From IMG/VR virus record IMGVR_UViG_3300032329_000221, positions 1 through 32,791 of that record: 32,791 nucleotides of DNA; one strand, given 5' to 3'. The position numbers and the translations under genes were made by a program. A model generated the notes under the pieces. The model was not told the DNA's origin, did no database searches, and was given only the letters and a program-made list of their open reading frames with translations. The first letter of the stretch is position 1, and every line of letters begins with the position of its first letter. Shown piece by piece: positions 27,306 through 32,791 of this stretch. The DNA comes from a virus. Taxonomy: Duplodnaviria; Caudoviricetes.

Positions 27306-28292
27306 TTATACCTTATTGATACAGCCTCTGAATTCAAACTCACCATTTTGCTCATCTGTAACCATAATCATCTCAGGCATCAGCATACGGCCCTGGTCAA
27401 ATGACAGCATTACAAAACCTGATCTCCAATCTTTAGGCCCATCTTCACAATATTCAAAAGTAGGGGACATTGGATCTGCAAGGCAACCAGTTTGAACTCC
27501 CCAAAAAGTTCCTTGATACCCAGTAATAGGTTGAATCGCTAAAACATGGGTATGCCCAGTAATAATGTTGGTAGATCCACCAGCTCCAATCAAATTAGAA
27601 TAACCAGCGCTTCTACCACCTTTATATCTATGTTTGATTACAGTATCTTCTCCAACCCAAAAAGACCAACAAGTTTCCCAATGGGGAAAATGGTATTTAA
27701 GGCTGAAACCATCAACTCCACTATATTCAGGAACTTTATTAACTAGCCAGGCCTCGTAGCGCATATCGTGGTTCCCCAGCACCCAAATTAAACGACATCC
27801 TGCTGGTTTATTTTTTTCTATTTCATCCAAATGGTATCGGCAAGCATTTAGCTCCTCTAATACTGTAGGTTTTTTTTCATAATTAATTGATGGAAAACGG
27901 CTAAGAACTTGCCCATCAAAGGCATCTCCATTACAAATAATGACTTGAGGTTTAAATTCTTTAATCATCAACAACAAGGCTTTAAATGCCGTTGTAGTGG
28001 TATCGGTAAAGTGAGCATCTGAAAACACTATTACTCGCTTGACCTTATCTACATCAATTCCTCGCCTTACATTGTGAGCTGCTAAATCTATCTTCTTAGG
28101 CCTATCTTTTTTGGGATCTCTTTGAGAATTAAAAGTTCCAAGTTTAATTTTATGTCGTATTTCAATGGATGCCCTTTTATTCATAGCGCTTCTAGGAGTC
28201 ATTCCTATTTCTTTTCCAACTAATGTTGGACTTCCCAATCTGCGCCAAACTTCAATAAACTTTTCATCTGATACTGGCGATTTAAACCCCAT
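27306..28292 (-). CDS. Calcineurin-like metallophosphoesterase with N-terminal HTH
   Basis: All five motifs: SDAH, GDAFD, GNHD, IKH, GHTH; N-terminal SPTLVGKEIGMTPRSAMNKR. Confidence 0.9.
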   Translation of the reverse strand: MGFKSPVSDEKFIEVWRRLGSPTLVGKEIGMTPRSAMNKRASIEIRHKIKLGTFNSQRDPKKDRPKKIDLAAHNVRRGIDVDKVKRVIVFSDAHFTDTTTTAFKALLLMIKEFKPQVIICNGDAFDGQVLSRFPSINYEKKPTVLEELNACRYHLDEIEKNKPAGCRLIWVLGNHDMRYEAWLVNKVPEYSGVDGFSLKYHFPHWETCWSFWVGEDTVIKHRYKGGRSAGYSNLIGAGGSTNIITGHTHVLAIQPITGYQGTFWGVQTGCLADPMSPTFEYCEDGPKDWRSGFVMLSFDQGRMLMPEMIMVTDEQNGEFEFRGCINKV

Positions 28293-28320
28293 GACATATC
28301 CTTTATGATAAAGTGAGCCG

Positions 28321-28348
28321 ATCTTAACCGAAACTTATGAATAATCAA
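28321..28348 (-). promoter_or_regulatory. Predicted sigma70 promoter of the inverted cassette
   Basis: Minus strand TTGATT (28348-28343), 16 nt, TAAGAT (28326-28321), then AAAGGA RBS. Confidence 0.5.
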
Positions 28349-28641
28349 TGACTTATTACGCTAAAAGAGTTGATTCTAACCAAAAAGAGATCGTAAAAGT
28401 ATTTAAAGATCTTGGTTGTTCTGTTTTTGATACCAGCCGAATAGGGCAAGGCTTTCCTGATTTAGTTATTGGTAAGAACCAAATTACAGTATTGGTTGAA
28501 ATAAAATCATCCACAAGTGCAAAATACAGCGCAGCTCAAGATTTATTTATGATGAACTGGAGAGGCTCAACTGTTGTTAGAATTAACGACATTGATGGTG
28601 CAATTAGATTAGTTAAACTGCTTGACAATGCCAATCAATAA
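28348..28641 (+). CDS. VRR-NUC-like PD-(D/E)XK nuclease
   Basis: AKRVDSNQKEIV, GFPDLVIG, LVEIK, SAAQ. Confidence 0.8.
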   Translation: MTYYAKRVDSNQKEIVKVFKDLGCSVFDTSRIGQGFPDLVIGKNQITVLVEIKSSTSAKYSAAQDLFMMNWRGSTVVRINDIDGAIRLVKLLDNANQ

Positions 28642-28649
28642 GGCAAAAT
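28622..28649 (+). promoter_or_regulatory. Candidate late-operon promoter
   Basis: Perfect TTGACA (28622-28627), 16 nt, CAAAAT; ahead of AGGAG RBS of 28684. Confidence 0.45.
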
Positions 28650-28683
28650 ATGGTTTCAAACCCCATTTCTATAGGAGAAAAAC

Positions 28684-28905
28684 ATGGGAAAGATGGATTC
28701 TATGAAGGGTATTCCTTCAGTTACTGGTGCTAAAGCTCCTGCTGGCGCAACTTCTTCAGATAAAACTGGTGAGCGCATGGAGAAAAAAGTTGGCGGAGTA
28801 GCAATGGGTATGCAAGATGCTACAGGCAAAGACAAACAATTCAATACTGGCAAAACTGCTGGTGTTTGTTATGAGCATAAGCGTGGTGACTGTAACCCTT
28901 GCTAA
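28684..28905 (+). CDS. Small Gly/Lys-rich hypothetical protein
   Basis: 73 aa, AGGAG RBS, Cys-rich C-terminus CYEH...CNPC. Confidence 0.75.
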   Translation: MGKMDSMKGIPSVTGAKAPAGATSSDKTGERMEKKVGGVAMGMQDATGKDKQFNTGKTAGVCYEHKRGDCNPC

Positions 28906-28975
28906 AGCGAAATGCCCTAGCGTGAAGGTCTAGGGCATCTCTAACCAAATAGTAATCGGAGAACTAGATGGCTGT
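28903..28975 (-). ncRNA. Predicted ~70 nt cis-antisense RNA (SymR-like layout)
   Basis: Minus-strand promoter TATACA-17-TAAAAT inside first codons of 28968 gene; would span its ATG and RBS and end at a 9 bp hairpin followed by TTCGCTTT. Confidence 0.5.
28904..28938 (-). terminator. Hairpin with U-rich tail on minus strand
   Basis: ATGCCCTAG (28912-28920) / CTAGGGCAT (28930-28938) perfect stem; T-rich tail on minus strand only. Confidence 0.6.
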
Positions 28976-29264
28976 TGTAAATTTTAAAGATTCATGCAAC
29001 TCCTGTATATATTTCCAATCTACAGATAACGATTTCATAGGAAGTTGCAGACGATTCCCTACTTACCAAAACCGACATGGAACGGAATGGTGTGGGGAAT
29101 TTGTCGTTGTACCCCCAAATCCAGTATTTGAAGCATTAGTCCAGGATATTGAGATTACTGTTCAAACTGCTGAAGATGCTAAAGAAAAGCGTAGAAAAGT
29201 CATTGAAGAAGCTGGCAAAGTAGAGCCAAAGCCAAAAGGCAGACCTAAGAAGGTTGCCGAATGA
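28968..29264 (+). CDS. Four-cysteine metal-binding protein with AT-hook-like tail
   Basis: CNSCIYF...GSCRRFP...WCGEF; ends KPKGRPKK. Confidence 0.75.
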   Translation: MAVVNFKDSCNSCIYFQSTDNDFIGSCRRFPTYQNRHGTEWCGEFVVVPPNPVFEALVQDIEITVQTAEDAKEKRRKVIEEAGKVEPKPKGRPKKVAE

Positions 29265-29572
29265 AGCTCAAGCCATTAGCCGATAAGATCGTTGTTAAGC
29301 CTGATACTAGAGAATTAAGCTCTGTCATCATCTTAAACAACAAAGAAAAAGACAATATGGGGACTGTAATAGCAGTAGGCCCTGGCAAAGTTATCAATGG
29401 TCGCAGACAAGAAATGCCTATTCCTGTAGGCGCTTATGTACGATTTGGCACTATGAGCGATGATGCAGATGCCGAATACCTCAAATACTTTGAATATTTT
29501 GAAGATGGTGAGCGTTACTTAGTAATGAGTTGGCAAGATGTCTGTTTCATAACCGAAAAGGAGATAGCATGA
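29261..29572 (+). CDS. groES: GroES-like co-chaperonin
   Basis: MKLKPLADKIVVK, GTVIAVGPGK, VG..V.F, DGERYLVM...DV. Confidence 0.9.
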   Translation: MKLKPLADKIVVKPDTRELSSVIILNNKEKDNMGTVIAVGPGKVINGRRQEMPIPVGAYVRFGTMSDDADAEYLKYFEYFEDGERYLVMSWQDVCFITEKEIA

Positions 29573-29817
29573 GCGAAATAGAAATATGCGACAAAACCCC
29601 ATTGATTGAGAAGATTATGGGTCATTTTGGCTGGTATAAAGTCAAAAAATTAGAATTACCAGTTGAAAACCTTGAAATAAGCCATACATTTATTATGAAA
29701 GACATCAAACCTGAGTTGCCTAAAGCTCCTGTAAAGAAGCCAGCAGCCAAAAGACCAGCAAGAAGAACCCCTAGATCCGATTTTAAATTTGGAAAGGATG
29801 CTAAAAATGGCAACTAA
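29569..29817 (+). CDS. Hypothetical protein with Lys/Pro/Ala-rich tail
   Basis: AAGGAG RBS; PKAPVKKPAAKRPARRTPR. Confidence 0.7.
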   Translation: MSEIEICDKTPLIEKIMGHFGWYKVKKLELPVENLEISHTFIMKDIKPELPKAPVKKPAAKRPARRTPRSDFKFGKDAKNGN

Positions 29818-29977
29818 ACCTGGCCTATATGCCAATATCGCTGCAAAAAAGGAACGGATCGAGCAACAAAAGGCATCAGGCGCTAAGAAAGTAGAAACTA
29901 TGCGTAAGCCTGGCACTAAAGGCGCTCCTACTGCTCAAGCATTTAAAGATTCAGCAAAGACAGCAAAGAAGAAATAA
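29807..29977 (+). CDS. Small Lys-rich protein
   Basis: 56 aa MATKPGLYANIAAKKERI...MRKPGTKGAPTAQAFKDSAKTAKKK. Confidence 0.75.
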   Translation: MATKPGLYANIAAKKERIEQQKASGAKKVETMRKPGTKGAPTAQAFKDSAKTAKKK

Positions 29978-29979
29978 TC

Positions 29980-30258
29980 ATGGCTACTAAAAAACATGAC
30001 AAGCCAATAGAGCATAAAACTGTAGGTAAGGGTAAAACCTATAATCCTACAGAAAAAGGCGCTGGAATGACTGCTAAAGGCAGAGCTGAATACAATGCTA
30101 AGAACAATGCCAACCTAAAAGCCCCTGCTCCAAATCCAAAGACAAAGGCTGATGCTGGTCGTAAAGCATCGTTTTGTGCAAGGATGGAGGGAGTTGTAAA
30201 AAAAGCTAAAGGCCCTGCGGAGCGAGCCAAAGCATCACTAAAGAACTGGAATTGTTAA
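29980..30258 (+). CDS. Small Lys-rich protein
   Basis: 92 aa; GMTAKGR, NLKAP, RKASFCARM, LKNWNC. Confidence 0.8.
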   Translation: MATKKHDKPIEHKTVGKGKTYNPTEKGAGMTAKGRAEYNAKNNANLKAPAPNPKTKADAGRKASFCARMEGVVKKAKGPAERAKASLKNWNC

Positions 30259-30410
30259 TGCCATTAAAGAAATCAACTACTAAAGAAGCATTTAAGTCTA
30301 ATGTAAAAGCAGAGATCAATGCTGGCAAAAAACCAGCTCAAGCAGTTGCTATTGCTTATTCTGTCAAAAGAGAAGCAGCAACTAAGAAAACTAAACCAAA
30401 AAGGGTATAA
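30258..30410 (+). CDS. 50 aa Lys-rich protein (not in ORF track)
   Basis: MPLKKSTTKEAFKSNVKAEINAGKKPAQAVAIAYSVKREAATKKTKPKRV; TAATG overlap. Confidence 0.75.
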   Translation: MPLKKSTTKEAFKSNVKAEINAGKKPAQAVAIAYSVKREAATKKTKPKRV

Positions 30411-30412
30411 AA

Positions 30413-30625
30413 ATGAGTATTACGCTTAAAGATCTAACAATTCAAGATGTTGAGTTTATGATTGGCGCTCTCTCAAAAGGAGAATATAGCCTAGTAGCCC
30501 CTGTAATTGACAAAATCAAAGTTCAAGCTATTCCACAAGCTCATGCCATGATGCAAGCAGAAGCAGATGCAAAAGCTCAAGAAATGGTAGAAAATGGCGA
30601 AAAGGCTACTGAAGAACCAAAATGA
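30413..30625 (+). CDS. Hypothetical protein
   Basis: 70 aa; LTIQDVEFMIGAL...VIDKIKVQA. Confidence 0.7.
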   Translation: MSITLKDLTIQDVEFMIGALSKGEYSLVAPVIDKIKVQAIPQAHAMMQAEADAKAQEMVENGEKATEEPK

Positions 30626-31041
30626 GCGAAACAGCAAATCCTGTAGGCAGACCAACTGAGTATGATTCATCATATTGTCAGAAGGCTATTGAGCTTGGAA
30701 CTAAGGGTAAATCCCTAGAACAGATTTCAGGCGCATTAGGCATTACTTACAGGACTTTATGCAACTGGAGAGATTCTCATGAAGAATTTTTTCATGCCTT
30801 GGAGGAAGCCAAGATCCGAGAGATGATTTGGTGGGAAGATCATGCTCAAGGCTATCTTGTAGAGCATAAGGATGGAGAAAAGCTCAATGTTGGTCTATGG
30901 TCTAGATCAATGGCTGCTCGCTTTCCTAGAAAGTATTCAGAGCGTATTAAGCAAGAGCTTACTGGAGCTGATGGCGCTCCTCTCCTTAAAGGTGTAGAGA
31001 TAACCTTTGTAGAGCCTGATGCAAATAGATCAGCAGATTAA
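30622..31041 (+). CDS. terS: Terminase small subunit
   Basis: VGRPTEY, HTH SLEQISGALGITYRTLCNW, ELTGADGAPL; overlaps large subunit. Confidence 0.85.
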   Translation: MSETANPVGRPTEYDSSYCQKAIELGTKGKSLEQISGALGITYRTLCNWRDSHEEFFHALEEAKIREMIWWEDHAQGYLVEHKDGEKLNVGLWSRSMAARFPRKYSERIKQELTGADGAPLLKGVEITFVEPDANRSAD

Positions 31042-32305
31042 AGATGCAATTTCTAGGATAAAGTTTCCTAAGAAATTTGAGGCACTATTTAAGCCTGAAA
31101 AGGTTCGCTATAGAATATTCTATGGTGGTCGAGGCGGTGCTAAGTCTTGGTGCTTTGCTAGGGCTTTACTAGCTAAGGGAACTGGTCAGCCTATGCGTAT
31201 TCTCTGCGCCAGGGAGTTCCAAACCTCAATTAAAGATTCGGTTCATAAACTGCTATCGGATCAGATCTATGCCTTGGGCATGGAAAACTTCTATGAGATT
31301 ACTCAAACCTCAATTAGGGGTAAAAATGGGACTGAGTTTATCTTTGTAGGCATCAAGAACAATACAAACAATGTTAAATCCATTGAGGGCATTGATATTT
31401 GTTGGGTAGAGGAGGCTCAATCCGTATCAGCAAATAGCTGGAATGTGTTAATTCCTACTATTCGTAAGCAAGATTCAGAGATTTGGGTCAGCTTTAACCC
31501 TGAATTGCCTACTGATGACACCTGGAAGCGCTTTGTTGAGAATCCTCCTGAAAGCTCAGTAGTTGTAAAAGTAAACTGGAATGACAATCCTTGGTTTCCT
31601 GAAACCCTCAATTTAGAGCGTTTATCCTTAAAACAAAGGGATATGGCTGCCTACAATAATGTATGGGAAGGCGCTACAAGAAATACGATTGATGGCGCTA
31701 TCTTTGCTAAAGAGATGGAAATGGCAGAGCTAGAAGGCAGGATTACGACAGTTCCTTACGACAGCTCCAAGCCCTGTCATATAGTGTTCGATTTGGGTTG
31801 GGCCGATAATACAGCAGCGTGGATCATCCAATTTATAGGCTTTGAGATCCGAGTTCTAAGATATTTTGAAGATAACCAAAAGACTATTCAGCATTATTTG
31901 AGCCTTATGCAGACATTTGGCTATGTTTACGATACTGTTTGGCTTCCTCATGATGCTGCTGCTAAGTCGCTTGGAACTGGCAAATCCATTGAGGAAATAG
32001 TAAGAGCCACAGGAATGAAAGTGCAGATACTTGACCGAGTACCAGTAACCGACTCAATCAATGCTGCAAGAACTATATTTAATCGGTGTTATTTTGATAG
32101 AAAAAATACAGAAGAAGGTTTAAACTGCCTAAGACATTATCGCTATGATGTAGATGAGCATGGAACTTTTAGTCAAAAGCCATTACATGACATCTATTCT
32201 CATGGTGCAGATGCTTGGCGCTACATAGGTTTGATGGTAAATGAGCCTAAGAAACGACAACCAGCTAAACAAAATTATGCTCCAGCAGGGAGTTGGATGG
32301 GATAG
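31019..32305 (+). CDS. terL: Terminase large subunit (PBSX-like)
   Basis: Walker A GGRGGAKS, Walker B CWVEEA, SFNP, nuclease FDLGWAD and HGADAWRY. Confidence 0.95.
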   Translation: MQIDQQIKDAISRIKFPKKFEALFKPEKVRYRIFYGGRGGAKSWCFARALLAKGTGQPMRILCAREFQTSIKDSVHKLLSDQIYALGMENFYEITQTSIRGKNGTEFIFVGIKNNTNNVKSIEGIDICWVEEAQSVSANSWNVLIPTIRKQDSEIWVSFNPELPTDDTWKRFVENPPESSVVVKVNWNDNPWFPETLNLERLSLKQRDMAAYNNVWEGATRNTIDGAIFAKEMEMAELEGRITTVPYDSSKPCHIVFDLGWADNTAAWIIQFIGFEIRVLRYFEDNQKTIQHYLSLMQTFGYVYDTVWLPHDAAAKSLGTGKSIEEIVRATGMKVQILDRVPVTDSINAARTIFNRCYFDRKNTEEGLNCLRHYRYDVDEHGTFSQKPLHDIYSHGADAWRYIGLMVNEPKKRQPAKQNYAPAGSWMG

Positions 32306-32307
32306 AT

Positions 32308-32791
32308 ATGGCAGATTATCAGGATCAAGATTCAAGCGAAGATACAAGAATCAATGATGCAAAGAAGTTTTTAAACCTTTGCAATGATGTTGATTCAAAC
32401 AATAGAGCTGAGGCTTTAGACGATGTTCGCTTTTGCGCTGGAGATCAATGGCCTGTTGATGTTCAAAACAGCCGAGTGCTTGAATCTAGACCTTGTTTGA
32501 CGATCAATAAGGTTGATGCCTATGTTCGTCAGATCTGCAACCAAATCCGTCAGCAAAGACCAAGGATTAAAGTCCAAGGCATGAATAATGAGGCTGATGC
32601 CAAATTAGCCGACATTTTAAGCGGTGTTTGCCGTCATATTGAATATCAATCCTCTGCTGATGTGGCTTACGATACAGCCTCTGAATATGCAGTTAAGATG
32701 GGTTGGGGTTACTTCCGAGTAATGACTGATTACATTAGCCCTGATTCATTTGAGCAAGAAATCTACATTAGACCGATTGATAATCCATTTA
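32308..32791 (+). CDS. Portal protein, P22-like, N-terminal fragment (3' truncated)
   Basis: MADYQDQD...DDVRFCAGDQWP...RPCLTINKV...NQIRQQRPRIKV; open to window end. Confidence 0.9.
   Translation, partial: MADYQDQDSSEDTRINDAKKFLNLCNDVDSNNRAEALDDVRFCAGDQWPVDVQNSRVLESRPCLTINKVDAYVRQICNQIRQQRPRIKVQGMNNEADAKLADILSGVCRHIEYQSSADVAYDTASEYAVKMGWGYFRVMTDYISPDSFEQEIYIRPIDNPF

Noticed and set aside
1-32791. Stop-codon recoding, tRNA genes, introns or inteins
   Set aside because: Genes are intact and tightly packed under the standard code with TAA, TGA and TAG all used as stops; no gap or motif fits a tRNA; terminase and coat are normal length.

Overview
Near-complete, circularly permuted genome of a small P22-like (podovirus-type) tailed phage. 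The window opens in the 3' end of the portal gene and closes in its 5' end, so probably only the middle of the portal gene is missing. Order: portal tail, scaffold, P22-type coat, glycosyltransferase, a long fibre followed by three fibre-tip/chaperone pairs, gp4- and gp10-like tail proteins, a cupin-SET fusion, three ejection proteins, a short tail fibre, lysis genes (holin, GH19 endolysin), a leftward recombination operon (Sak, YqaJ exonuclease, SSB-like), a rightward Cro/YdaU replication operon with an iteron-like origin, an inverted metallophosphoesterase plus Ntn-peptidase cassette, GroES, small Lys-rich proteins, terminase and portal. No integrase, CI repressor, DNA polymerase, helicase, methyltransferase, tRNA or CRISPR array was seen. 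Best leads: a SymR-like antisense RNA over the start of a 4-Cys gene, the cupin-SET fusion, the inverted phosphoesterase/peptidase cassette, the fibre-tip array and a motif shared by the scaffold and its upstream gene. All family calls are by motif recognition by eye; no searches were run.
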